A stretch of 64,000 nucleotides of DNA from Chrysomallon squamiferum (Eukaryota; Animalia; Mollusca). This document shows, piece after piece, positions 1 through 14,022 of the stretch. The stretch covers positions 15,438,001 through 15,502,000 of the forward strand of contig CM022672.1 in assembly GCA_012295275.1 (NCBI GenBank), written 5' to 3'. How positions within the stretch are numbered: the stretch's first letter is position 1; every line of letters begins with the position of its first letter. Below the pieces are notes generated by a model. That model was given only the letters and a program-made list of their open reading frames with translations. It ran no database searches and was not told the DNA's origin. The position numbers and the translations under genes are program-made.

Positions 1-47
1 TATTTGAAGAAACCCACATCGGATTATAATATTCATCTTTATAATTG

Positions 48-415
48 CTACAACAACTTCATCTATTACTACTACTACTACTACTACCACCACTGATACT
101 ACTGCTGCTGTTGCTACTGCTACTGCTATTAATAAAATACAAATACTTCTATTATTAAAACAACTACTACTACCACCATTACATCTAGTCCTTCTATTAT
201 TGCGACTATTACTACCTCTACAGTTGCTTCTGCTACAACTACAATACTACCTACTACTACTAAAACAACTACTAAGACTGCTACTTTTTATACAGTTATT
301 ACTAATACAATTGCTACTGCTACCACCAAATATTAAATCTACCAATAATATTATCAGCAGCACTATTACTTTTGCTGCTACTACAAGTTTTATTATTACT
401 GCTAATGATAATTAA
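48..415. repeat. Degenerate (ACT/GCT)n trinucleotide low-complexity tract
   Basis: Runs of actactact and gctgct; explains the Leu-rich ORF 200-415. Confidence 0.8.
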
Positions 416-1547
416 TTATTTAATTAATTAATTTATTATTGTCATCATCATAATCATCACCATCCTTATCACCATATATAATAATAAATCAAACGCATTC
501 GGTACTGTTATCTATATGTGAACAAAGTAAGAAATGTATCCTTAATTTCAGCTTGAGAAATTCCAGAACTTTCCAGCAGTAATCAGTTTAAAAACCTTTT
601 CACGCCTTCAGCTAAATTTAGACAACCAATTTCAGTCGACAGACAAATATTTAACTTCACTAATTACGTGAAAATTGTACGGTTTCACTAAAACACTGGC
701 CCACTTATTCGTGACATGCGCCAACAAAATGCTTTCAGCTTGATTTGTTTTTAATAATAATTTTTTTTTTTTCCATCAAAAATAGAATACGTTATCGCAG
801 TTTTATTGCTGTAATTTCATCTTTATTTTTCTGACTCGTTCTTTCTTTTTGTCTCAGTTTTTTAATATATATTTTTTTCTTATTTTGTTATTGTTTTTTT
901 TTTGGGGGGGGGGGTAATGTTTTTTAAATGGTGTTTTTTTTTTTTTTTTTTTTTCACACCCCCAAAAAATAACAATAATAAAAATAATAATAATAATAAT
1001 AATAACAACAATAATAAAAACAGTGTTAGATCCAATGTTACAACAGGAGCCGATCGATGATATTATTATTATTATTATTATTATTTTAAGGAGTTGATTA
1101 ACATCACTAAAAGGGCCTTACACAAATAATGGAAGAAGCAGGCTTCCGATGAATTAAAATACATTTGTTATCATTGTCAGAACAAATGGAAAACTACGTT
1201 TTCAAGTCGTCATTTTAAACTGGGATGTTTCCGAGACGAGAAGGAGGGCGTCCTACTCTTTTCTAGTATAAATGTTTCTAATTATATATTATATTATAAT
1301 GACTTGAGTCAGCAGACATGTTTATTTTATTTTACTATTATATTTTATGATTGTTTGTCTGTAACAAATCTTAAATCTAATGAAAAGTCTTAGTATAAAA
1401 GGAAATTATAAATTTTTTACATAAAACACACCCAAGTACAACAGAAAAGACCATTCAACTGCGGATGGCAATTGAGAACGGTCAATATTCGACGAGGGTT
1501 TGTGACAGTACGTTGGACCAAAAATGATAAGAAACGCGGTAATCATA

Positions 1548-2271
1548 CAGTGGTACCTCGACTTACGAGTGCCCAACTTTACGAGTTTTTCGAGTTACGA
1601 GCAGTCGGCCGGTCGGGTTTTGCTTTGAGTTGCGAGCCAAAATCCGACTTACGAGCGAGCTTCAGATACGCTGCCATTAGTTGGCGCAACGAACAACACT
1701 ATCCGGCCAATATCTCGTTTACTTCACGTGGTTACCTCGCCGCGGAAGCATCTCTGTTGTGTTGTGTTCGCGTTTAGTGCAGTATTTTGCCAAATTTCCA
1801 TGGATCCTAAGAAAGTGAGTGCAAAGGACAGTGCTCAGAAGAAGAAGTGGATAATTAAAGCTTGAATTCATAGAAAAACATGAGCGAGGTGTGCATGTAG
1901 TCGACTTGGTTAGTCGTAGAACTTCTATGATATGTACTATACTGATGCTGAAGGAGTCCATAAAGGATGTAACTTCAGCCAAAGGCGTTAAAATAATTTG
2001 TCTGATCTCCAAGATAAATACACTTTGCAAATCCAATTTATTTCTTTACATTTTCTTTTATTTTATTTTTTTTTTATACAATATTTGCCTTTTATATATA
2101 CATTTTTCTTATTTAAAAACACGTTACAAAAAGTAAATAAATAAATGGGGTTGTTTTGGGGAGCTGGAACGGATTAACGGTATTTCAATTAATTTCAGTT
2201 TCATATACGAGCTTTTTGAGATACGAGCTCGGTCACGGAACGAATAAAACTCGTAAGTCAAGATATCACTG
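1548..2271 (+). mobile_element. Non-autonomous Tigger/pogo (Tc1/mariner) derivative
   Basis: TIRs CAGTGGTACCTCGACTTACGAGT and ACTCGTAAGTCAAGATATCACTG with TA on both sides. Internal broken transposase N-terminus MDPKKVSAKDSAQKKK...HERGVHVVDL...STSMICTIL resembling a CENP-B-type HTH. Confidence 0.9.
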
Positions 2272-3237
2272 TACTTAAATATTTTTATTAAAAAGTGTTT
2301 AAAATCAGACAATGGCAAACTAAGGGCCGCGGTGCTTTTTGAATGGCACGCAAATTTTCAAGGTCGCTTATACCTGCATTAAAGATTTTTATTTATTTTT
2401 TTATTTGAACAAATATTTAATTCCTTTAAATTGCTGGTGCAAGTGTTTACATGTTTGTATAATAATGGTTTTTACGTTTTTTATTGATTAGAGAGTTTAA
2501 ATGTTTTACTTTTTTATTATCATTATTATTATTTGCTAAGAAGTTTAAATGTTTTATAATGTTAACATTTTGCGTGTATATATATATTTTCTCTTTTTTT
2601 CTGTTTAGAGCTTTAAATGTTTTATTTGCATTTTAAACAAGAGTTGAACTGTTTATATTTTAGACATAACTTTTGATATAATGAAGTATTGTTTGACCTC
2701 ATTTTAATCTTTTTTTTTTACACTAACCAGATACATTTTAACACAATTATTTTTTGTATAGTTAATAACCATTAACCAGTTACACAACACTGAAACATGC
2801 AGCAGCCATACGACTGGTTAATGTTTTTTCAGTTAGCAGGAAGGGTTCATTTACATTAACCTTCCCACAAACAGGAATATGTCAAATTCTTCTGTGATAA
2901 ATGAGGATAAGACTGTCTGGAATGGAGAATAGACAAAGGAAGAGGTGAAGATAACTGAAGTTAACACCAGTCATACTGCACCACCAATGAGCTACAGAAA
3001 GTAAACAAAATGATGGAGTGGCTCATAGGATTGCACTGCATAAAAACACCACACAAATATATCACTACAGGTAATCAGACTGCTGGTGGCATTGTATTTA
3101 CCAGATTAAACGATTTCTTTGGTTTTTGTCAGTTATAACTAAATTGATCAATTTTCTTGGTTTTCATTTCAGCTCAATGACTAACTTACTTATTGTCTTT
3201 GTAAACTGTGTTTTTCTTTTTTTTCTTTCAGTATTTC

Positions 3238-3283
<46 letters not shown>

Positions 3284-6200
3284 TAACTAGTTCAATTTTA
3301 TTGCCTTACGGCATTACTAGAAACAGCTAGTGATATGAAACAAATAAAACAATTTGATGTATATGAAATTTCTTTGTGGCACCAACTAGCTCAAGGAAAT
3401 GACAAACAATATATTTTTCAATGCCTGAATAATCATAAATTTATATCAGCAATTTTACTTCAGAAGTAAAAATTAATATAATATAAATATCCACTGAAAA
3501 CATATGAATAATAATAGTAATAATAATAATAATAATAATAATAGGTTGATAAATATTAAAAGTTCATATTTTTATTCCATATTATTTATTATTACCACTA
3601 CTGTTACTGTTATTATTTGTTTTTTGATTATTTTTTAATTTTTAATTTTTTTACTAAATAAGCAATATTCACCAAAAAAAAAATAATAATAATAATTAAA
3701 TGGTATAATTACAACAGCAGCAATAAAAATAAATTATTACCAAATCCTACTGAGAAGACAGGTTGGTTGAGAAGCCATATTGTTTAATTAATAAACTATT
3801 ACAAATACTTACATCAAATAAATATAATTATTATACTGAAAATCTGAACAATTACAAATTTCATCATATATGACATCCCGAATCCTAGTTTAATCATATA
3901 TTTTAAAACTGGCCACAGTAAACCTTTATTCATTTTATACCTTTGTCATTATAAATATTTTTATTTTTTTTCATTTAATTTCTGGAGTATGTTGTTCACC
4001 TCCTCTACAGCTCTAGGCTACCTCAATGTGAGCAGTTATCACATCACTGGTTTGCTATGAAGAAAAAGTACAAATATATTTATATGTATAAATATTTAAT
4101 TCATTACATAATTCATCCTACTTCTGTGACCACTACAAATGTCGAGACCAATTGTCAAAATTAATTCAAAGAACTTTCAGAACCAAATTAATATATTTTG
4201 TAGTACGCAGACAGTTTATAAATCATATACTTTATATTTTATATATAAACTTTTATCAGTGGGTTCAAGATGACATTTACATACAACAGAAAAATCAAAC
4301 AAAATTTCTGCTTTAGGACAGCAGGAAAACAAAATTTATATTTTTTATTTTCGATTTTATTCTTTTTTACCCCCATTCCTATAATGAGTTTATTACTACT
4401 TTTAAATATGACTTGGACAAAATACAAAATTTGCATGTTAATTTAAACAAAAGCTTACATAACAACAAATGACATATACAGTACATATGAAAATAACAAT
4501 GTCTTGAATTTGTTAGCACAGATTAAATATTATATTCTTTCATTTAGAGTAACAAAAAAAAATTAAGATTTGTATCTGGTCACATGTGGGGAAAAATGGA
4601 CTTTGTTCTTTCAAAACAAGAAAATAAAAAGATCTTATAATTATTATCTTGAGGGAGTTGGAAATGGACTTTTTTCTTTTAAGGGGGAAAAAAAAAATTG
4701 TAAAATTTTTAAAAAGTTAAAAAAAAATGGTTTTGATGAGTATGAGAAGATAAAAACTGGCCTTTTCTCAGTCAGGTCAAGATATTAAAAAGGCCTGAAG
4801 GTTTTTTATCTTGACTGAACTGAACAGAAAAAAGGTCTTTGTTCATTCTGAACATGAAAATAAAAAGATCAGAAGACTATGAAATGAGAACTACTTTGTT
4901 TATTTATACACTTACACTGTTAATGTTACAGACATTGCATGAAGAAATTTAAAAGGCACAGTAAAATCTACATTGACTTGAATATGTTTAGTTATTTAGC
5001 ACCTATGAATGCTATGAAAAAGCAAGAGAATGGTGAAATTTCAAGATGTGTGTCTTTTGGTTTGCATGTTTCAGCAAAGGCTTGGAAACCATAAAACCCT
5101 ACCTGTCTTTCCAAATACCAGTCACTGTTTGACTTTAGACTGACGTGCCTTACTGAAATAGGAATAAAATATAAGAAACATCTTCGTTAAAGATATACTC
5201 ATGTCAGATGATAACATTTCTCAGACATTTGTACCTAAACACCAAAAAACACTTCTCATCTTGGTGTATGTAACTAATATAGACTGTTTTCTCTCTCTTT
5301 TTTTTCTTTTAAAAAAAACCCAGTGTTGTCTGTTACAATATAATTAACCATAAAATGGGAAAAAAAATTTAGAATAAGAAAATGGTGAAAATATATTTTA
5401 AATTAATTAAACAAAAATATAAAAATTAATATCAGATAATCTAAAGGTTTTTTTAAAGATCATTTGGAAAAATAAAATAAGATTAGAAGTCAGTTACAGA
5501 AAGTGTTTACACCATGAAAACCGAATTGATTTTTTGTAGATAAATTGTTTGTTTCAGTATGTTTTAATGGCTGTAACTTTAGTCAGATATATCCATTACA
5601 CTTGCATATAAAAAACACAAATACTATTATTAACAATAATGGTCTTCTATTAAATATTCACTTACTTTAACTAGTTAAATTACATACTGTGGCAGTTATA
5701 TGTAAAATTAATTTTTAATGTTTCTTAAAGTTTTCTTCCACACACTTGGTTATAGATTAAAGCAGTAAAATAAAATCCATTTTCTTGTATTTTATTGTTT
5801 CTTATTATATTTCTTGTTTTTTAAAGTCTCAGTTTTTGCAGTAAAAACAGATTAGTCAAAGAAGAAATTACTGTGTCAGACATAACTGATGGTGCTATTA
5901 TATAAACTTGTATAATACATTACCAAGTAGAAATAATGACACAGATGTATATTTATATATATATATATATATATAAATATATACACCCATCCTTTATTTT
6001 TTTTATTTCATTAAATTTACTATTATGAAAACAAAGTGTAAATAACACCATTTTTTTTTATATATATAAAAGAACCAAAAAAAAAAAAGTCTATATTTTT
6101 TTTACTATTTTACTATTTTAATATTACACATTCACAAAATACCTGTTGTAAAAATATACTGGACTGATTTACAAAACATGTTCACATGGATCAGTATTGT

Positions 6201-9200
6201 AGGTAATTAACAATATATTATTTGAGATACAAAAACATTTTTTCTACACTTAATTAATCCTTTCTAACAAGCCTGATTATTTAAATCAGATTTTTCTTCT
6301 TGATTGATAAAAATTACTGATGTTATTCTTCATTATAGGAACTAAAAACTGTTTTCATTTCAAACAATTTTATCATAATAAATCAATGACTAACAACCTC
6401 TGATGACATCTCTTTGATTGAGAATACAGAGGACAAACTAAAATGCTGATTTTGCTTCTTCGTGAGATTCTATTCATTACTTTTCATATATCTAGATTCC
6501 AAAGCAACAAAGATTAAAAAGAGTTTGTTACAGAAACAAAAACAGAGATTAAATTTTAATAAACAGCTAAATACAATACACAACAGATTCATTAAGAATG
6601 GTTGAAAGATAGCTTATAGTTATGTACAGAATGCAATTATAAACAGATTTCCTTCTGAATTATTTGTTCACTACTTAAAAATTCATAAATTGTATTGTAT
6701 GTTCTATGGAGTACAAGACAAACAAGTAATATCCTATTATTTATATTATTTGTTTTAAGTAAATATCCTCTTATACCACTGACTAGGGTTTCTCAAACTC
6801 TCTTCACTCGGGGAATCTGTATAGATTGGGCTAGAACAAAATGCAGAACCGAAAGTCTTAGAAAGATTTCCAAAACAAATAAAAGCAAATAAACACTAAA
6901 ATAAATTCACTGATATCATTTTATTTTATTTATTTTTTTTTTTTTTTTTTACATACTTATAACTTAATGTTTATGTATCACATTTTAAGATATATTCTCA
7001 ATAAGCTGGGAGCAAAATGCAATGAAAAGAAATTTGGAATTATTTAATTATGAATCTTTGAATGTAAATGGTTTTTATTTCTCTGAAATTGGGAATGGAA
7101 CCATTGATTGTTTGCATAAACACCTCATTTCCATGAAATCTGGTTTAGAAACCCTGCCATAGACAAGTACGGACTGAGTACAAGATTCACTTCAGTTGGG
7201 TTAAACCATATCAGATTCAGTAAAACAGGAAAACCATATATAATATAGATGCAGGTTTTTAATAATACTAAATGTGTAAATGAACTGTTAGATTATGAAC
7301 CTACTCAACTGATTGAAGTTGATATAAATTTTACACTAGCACAATGATTCTTGAAAGCAGTGTAAAATAATTTCGTATCGCTTAGTTAGGAACTTCTGCT
7401 ATTCAAAAACTAGAAACACTGAAACTGTGCTGGAAATCTGATATGATTCTGGTAAATGTGGAAATTTCAGCAAATCCAAAATATGTTTTGGTAATTACAA
7501 TCATTACTTTGCATTTTACAAATCTGAAATAGTTCAACAATTTACGTCACAGTATAAACTGTTTGATATTTTCGCAGAAGAAAGAGATACAATGTTGATG
7601 GATGAAAAATGATTTGTCACACAGTCTGTCCTACAGTTCAATGCACTTATCACAAATTAGGCACTTAATTCAATATGATTCTATCTACTGTTAATATCTC
7701 TCTGTTAATGATCCAGTGTTCGATGCTGTTAGGCTGAGAAATAAATGGTCTTATTTGCATCAGGGACAAAGCAGCACAAAATATGCAAGTCGATAGATGA
7801 TACAAAAGCATGAAGCATACAAACTATCAGATTTTAAAACTGTTTTCTACATAATATAATGTAATAGTTTATTGTTACTAAATAATAAGCACTTTGTTTA
7901 TTATCATATTTGACTGGATAACAATGTTGTGTTATATTTGTTTTTGTATAATGTGTTTATTGCATATATTTATGTTGTATTTATGTTGTATGTTGTCTGT
8001 TGTGTGTTGTGTATATGCTGCACATATTATATTTGTGTTGTGTGTGTGTACATGTTTGTGAGTGTAGGGACGTGTAGTTGGTACTGTGTGTGTAGCATGC
8101 ACAAGTGAGCACAAATGTGTAGATATGAACAATGGTTTAGTATGCATCCACAAACACAAAATCCTGACAAATATTTCACAAAACCATGCAAGTATTATAT
8201 CACTTTAAACCACGAGAAGCAAATTAGAGCATATTTATTGTTTTTACTTTAAACAAAAAAGGCAAAATTACAATTACATCAACATTTTAAAAATGGAATG
8301 TAAAATGAAAAATATTTAAAAAAAAAAAAAAAAATGACTAGCAGGGAATTTTTATTTTTATGTAAATAATTATGAATAACTAATTAATCGAATGTATAAA
8401 CAAATAAAAGAAAAAACATAAAAATTAGTATTTTTTATTTTTGTGGTGTTTTAGTTTGTTGCTGTTGAAATAAATGGTATTGAACTAATGAACATATCTT
8501 TTATTCATAAATTATAAAGATGATTTTTTTTTTTTTTTTTTTTTAAAATACAAAACAAGTGCAGAATATTCAGTTTTTTTAACCATTACCACAAATATAA
8601 TTTTTTATAAAACATCACAATAAAATATATTTCAAACATGTCATGGTTTAGTAAATTATGTGAGTGAATACCCATTTCAAGATATTTTTGTCCATAAGGC
8701 TTGTCTAAATGAATTTTTAACAAAATAAAAACTTAAAAAATAATGAAATAAAAGGCAGATTCAAGAATATTTAATTCAGTATAAAGTTCAGTAACTTTCA
8801 TGACATTTATTACTTAAATTGAGAAAGCAACTTTTCTGAGAAACCTTTCTTGTAAATATAATGGAAAGTGGATAAATTTTCTGATTCAAATTTAACATGT
8901 TTTTTTTTTGTTGTTCAAATCATTCAGTGGATATAATCAATTATATATTTATAAAAACAAAAAGTATATTCTGTAATTATCGGCATTTCTATTAGTTTTT
9001 CTTTATGAAATAAGCAAGCTACATCATAAACTTTTAATAAATATGTTGTTCACATGTAAATAGTAAATATATTGTTCACAAGTTAATATTATTAAATGAA
9101 CAGTCACAACTGGACTTTCAAAAAGTCTGTGACTGATCCTGTTATTCTCTTTTGTCAAACCTTGTATGTCTTCATAATTAAAATTAAAGCAATAATTAAA

Positions 9201-9567
9201 ATAAAAAAAACACACTAATCGATGAACATATTCACCATTCCAGGATTCAATACCACATTCAGGATATTATAATACAATATTAATTAATACTGCTACCAGT
9301 CATTCCCAATTTTCTTAAACTTTTATGTATTTATTTCCAAAGTTTACCAATGACTTTCCACACTTCTCTGTCAGCTGATATCTTTATACATCATATTTTA
9401 CTAGTCCTTTAACAATCCTCTTTCTCCTCGTTTTTTTTTTTTTTTTAAATTTTTATTTTTTAAAAACCTACTCAAAGAGATATATCCATGTTTCAGAATT
9501 CAGTTTCTTCACTAAACTTGTAGCAGTGTCTTTCTCTGATGATGACAAATCTTGATATGCAGGTCCT

Positions 9568-11980
9568 TCAGTTGAAACCTTGCCAGTCGCTGGCGTCAGA
9601 ATCTTCATCCCACTCGATTCTGATTCTGTGAATTCCACGCTTGAGAGCTGGGGTCCCTTTTCCTTTACCTGGTGAATACACAGAATTACAGTAGTAATAA
9701 TAGTAAAAACAACAACAACAACAACAACACATAACGGTAATAGTAGCAGTAGTATAGTAGTAGTCGCAGTAGTAGTAAACAAAATAATAATAATAATAAT
9801 AAATTATAATAATATATATAACAATAATTATAATGATAAAACAATAATAATTATAATAATAATAATAATAATAAATGAATCACAACTTCTGATATACAGC
9901 AGTGCTTATTGTAACAAAAAGCTTGAACATATCTTATTTGTTTCAAAGTGAATTTTACTTTCTTTCCTTTTCACTTTTCTTAGTTGTTGTTGTTAACAAA
10001 AATGAATGACAATAATTTCAATGGAACTGTCATTACACCATACACACGACACCTCTTAATTTACAAAAGGAAATAAATTATAAAATAAACTCATACCCAA
10101 TCATAATAAATCACAGACAAAACAAAAATAATAATAGTTCTATTTATTTGTTATTACACTAAAAGAAAAAAAATAACAGAAACCTCTCAGGCTTTTTAAT
10201 TATCCACAAAACTCATTGTTATAAACAAAGATCAGCATCCTGGAACAAATAGAACAATCTGTAAGATGTAATTAAGTTGTTTCTTTGTTAACAGTATATT
10301 CAAAGAAAACATCCAGACTGGAAGGAACACTGACCCCAGCTGACTGGTTGCCTGCACTTCACAGACAAAACCAAATATTTTACAAAAGCTACAAATCTAT
10401 GAAAGGTCAGAGTTGTCTTTTAAGGACAAATCCTTTAAGCTCTCTGGATGAATCTCATCGATAATGCAAATGGTTTAATGCATTTCATGTACATCAGAAG
10501 ACAACACTAACAGTGAAAGTCAATGGTCTCTGCATGATGGCATGTCCATTAGTATGTCCATAAACAACACATACTCCCATAAGTATAATGGTCATGTTAC
10601 TAATAAAATATTTCCACTTTCAGTATTAGTAAGAAATCTTAAGTGTACTTTTGGAGAAATAAATTTACATAATTTCAAGTTACTTTTTACTTCCAATTTT
10701 AATTGATAACAAAGTACAATAAGAAAAAAGAATACATGTATTCTTGACATCAAAGACCAAAGATACTTCTAGTGATTACAGAAAAAAAATGCATCTATGG
10801 GTCTACCACATACACAGTGATGTCACCACTTAAGTTGAAAGGGGTAAATCTGCAGCTAGAAATTTGTATCAGCATTATTTTATTGTTGCCATACTTTCTG
10901 CTATTAGTTAAAACAACAAAATAAGTTTAAATAATTAGACTATTTATTCATTTTTAAATCATTTAAGAAATATTAAGTTTTGATCTATGGCAACAATGAA
11001 ATCAATATGTGTGAATCAGTTACTGTTGAGTGCAATGTGCTACTACATAAAACAGTTAATTTCTTTTAGTTTTTATCTTATTTAGGACTGCAGGATAAAA
11101 CATATATTCAGTTTAATCAAACTTATTTCTAAACTATAGACCTATTCCATACAACTGATGTGTCATATTTTAAGCATACCTTTAACATTATTTATTCATA
11201 CTGATTTCATTGTTGCCTTAATATTTCTGAAATGTTTTCAAAATGGTCTTTTAAGATCTAAACAAATAACTGAACACTGAAGACATAATATCTAAACAAG
11301 TATATACAGTTCCATCCAGTACACATACATACACACAAACCAGTATGTATTGGTTAGATACGTGTGTAAATGATTCTAACTTTGTCAATAAATTAAGAAA
11401 AAAAATAACATTTATTATATTTAAGTTTATGGATGAATAATTACTGAATAAAACTGAATACATGTCATATATCACTAATCCAGCAGGATGCCACTGTAAA
11501 AGAATCTTTGTTTCCCAAAATATTTGTAGCCCCAGGGGAAATGAATGTGTTCCTAGCCACAAACACTTGTTTACTCTCCATACATGGAGGAACTAATAGT
11601 TGGTTAACATTAGTTCCCCATGCTTCATGTTACACAATTAGGGTGGAATTTTCAGATGGGTTTACATATTTTTAAAAATTATTTTCCTCAATATTTTCAC
11701 ACCAGAACTAACTGTCCTCATTATTTTGATAACTGGAAATAAGAATTAGAAAAAAGCTGCAGAAGAGGGGCAGGAGATTATCCAAGCCTGACTGACTTTC
11801 CTCTTTTAAACCACTGACTGTCCTAATGTTAAATGACAAATAAACAAAAATGCATATTCAGTAGAAATGTATACTTTTATCATATGTGTATGCACAGGGT
11901 GAGAATATATAGATCATAATTAAGAGAATAAACTTTTATTCAAATGGTTGCACAGATTCTCATTCTCTTTCATTTTCTCT

Positions 11981-12041
<61 letters not shown>

Positions 12042-13988
12042 CACTCACTCACTCACTCACTCTCTAACGATCTGGCTTTTATTCTGTGTATGTATGCACT
12101 GTGGTAGCTTCAACAGAGTAACAGTGATGTAGGAGTCCATCTTCTACTGAATAGCATTTGGCAGTCTTGTTCATTTCTTCAGTCACATAGACCAAGATCT
12201 TGAGATAATCTGTGTCTTCCATTTGGGAGCTTCAGGTTAGACAGGGAGTAACATTATAGAAAATTTCAAAATTTCCTTTATTCACTGAAACCACTGACAA
12301 AGTTAAAAGTCACCAGATTACAACAACAAATGTTTGCAAGTAATGTCAACAGTATTTAAGCAGCAAAAAAACACCAAAAAAAGTTCATGTGGTAACCAAG
12401 GAAAATTTGAAATAATGTTAGCCAAAATTTGTGCTTGATTACTGATAAAACTGGATTACTGATTGACTGCCAGATAAGTGATGGTTGATCTGCACTCAAA
12501 ATACAACACCATGTTTTTTGCTCAACACAAACTGAAATTCTTGTTCAAAACAGATATGCAACAATTCATTTTAAATATAAATAATTAGTGAATAAGAAAC
12601 AAAACAAAAACAATAATAATAATAATAATTAAAAAAATGTATTAACAAACATAATTACTTAAAAAATTTTTTTAAATGATCTTCATTAAAATTATTACTA
12701 AACAACCTTTAACATTGTAATTTTATGAACATATTAATGAAATAAATTTGAAAAAATTTGATGCAAAACAAAATATAAAAAAAAGAAATTATTATATTTG
12801 TACAGCACTGTATTTTATTTCTCTATCTGTTAGCATGACACAACTATTTAGTTTAGTACTAATCAAACTTTTTTTGTACCAACAAAAATATGAACTAATG
12901 TATTAACAAACATAATTACATAATAAAAAATATATATACATAAATTTAAAAAATTATTCTTGGTTAACTGTTATTACTAAACAACCTTTAACATTATAAA
13001 TATATAAGCATATTAATGAATTTAATTTGAAAAAATTCGAAAAAGCATAAAAAAATATAAAAAAGAAATAATAATATTTGTAGAGAACAAAAATTACTGA
13101 CTAAACTTTAGCATTATCACATTTTTTTAAACAGAATTTTGTCTGATAAATAACATTTATTCAAGCTGCTGTTTGTTATTAACATAATATATTATTTAAT
13201 TATTTAGTTAGTAAGTTTTCTTTATGGGGTGTGAGGTTTTGCTCCTTTTTTTTTGTGATTTTGTTTTGTTGTTTTGGGGGGTTTTTCTGTTTGATTTTGT
13301 TTGTTGTTTTTTGGGGGGGGGTTTTGGTCTTTTGTTATTATTTTTGATTTTAATTTTTATTTATTATTCTTGTTATTATTATTATTATTATTATTATTTT
13401 CTTTTATTTTTTTACTTATTTATTTATTTGTTTTTTCATGCTAGGTACTTCTTTATTTGATTTATTGGTGAAATAGTATTTAACCGGATACATAGTTGTT
13501 AGCAGAAACCAAAAAAATCAGTTCGTTCAAAATGAAAAACTTGTCCAGACATCTCAGCTGTGTAGAATACAGCAGACTAGCAATTACAACAAAATCTGTC
13601 ATCATTAATACAGTGCATCAATGAGTACCAAGCCACTTTAAGCCAGATATAACTTGTGACATTCCCGTAAATATCTTTTCAGCAGTTATGGAATTGAACA
13701 CAGCAGAAATGGAGCAGTATTTTAGGAAACGTTGGTGACTCTGTGGGTGAATTCACAATGTTTTTCTGACTCAGTGTCCCGTCCCAGCCCTCTCTCTTAC
13801 TTTCCACTTCTGCCTCTAAATCCCTTCTTTTTCTCTCACAATTATTCTTCTGGTATAATAAACATGTAAGAGTGAAAAAAATGGGGGTTTAAGACATGAA
13901 TACGCCTATTGATATGAAATTAAGGCCAAACTTTATTATAAATATAATAATAGAATAATTTTTTCTTTCAGTTATTTATGATATATTA

Positions 13989-14022
<34 letters not shown>

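Noticed and set aside
200-415. 71-aa Leu-rich ORF
   Set aside because: Translation of a degenerate trinucleotide repeat.
1472-2318. Several overlapping ORFs (also 26640-27599)
   Set aside because: All lie in the Tigger derivatives; the transposase remnant has stops and frameshifts.
2790-3000. tRNA-like A box (GTAGCTCATTGG on minus)
   Set aside because: No cloverleaf or B box; at most a decayed SINE.
9468-9782. 104-aa minus ORF with a signal-like N-terminus
   Set aside because: Wrong frame over the ADISSP last exon; the hydrophobic part is intronic repeat.
10295-10410. Open 36-codon plus-strand segment with AG/GT flanks in the ADISSP intron
   Set aside because: No recognisable homology and no partner exons.
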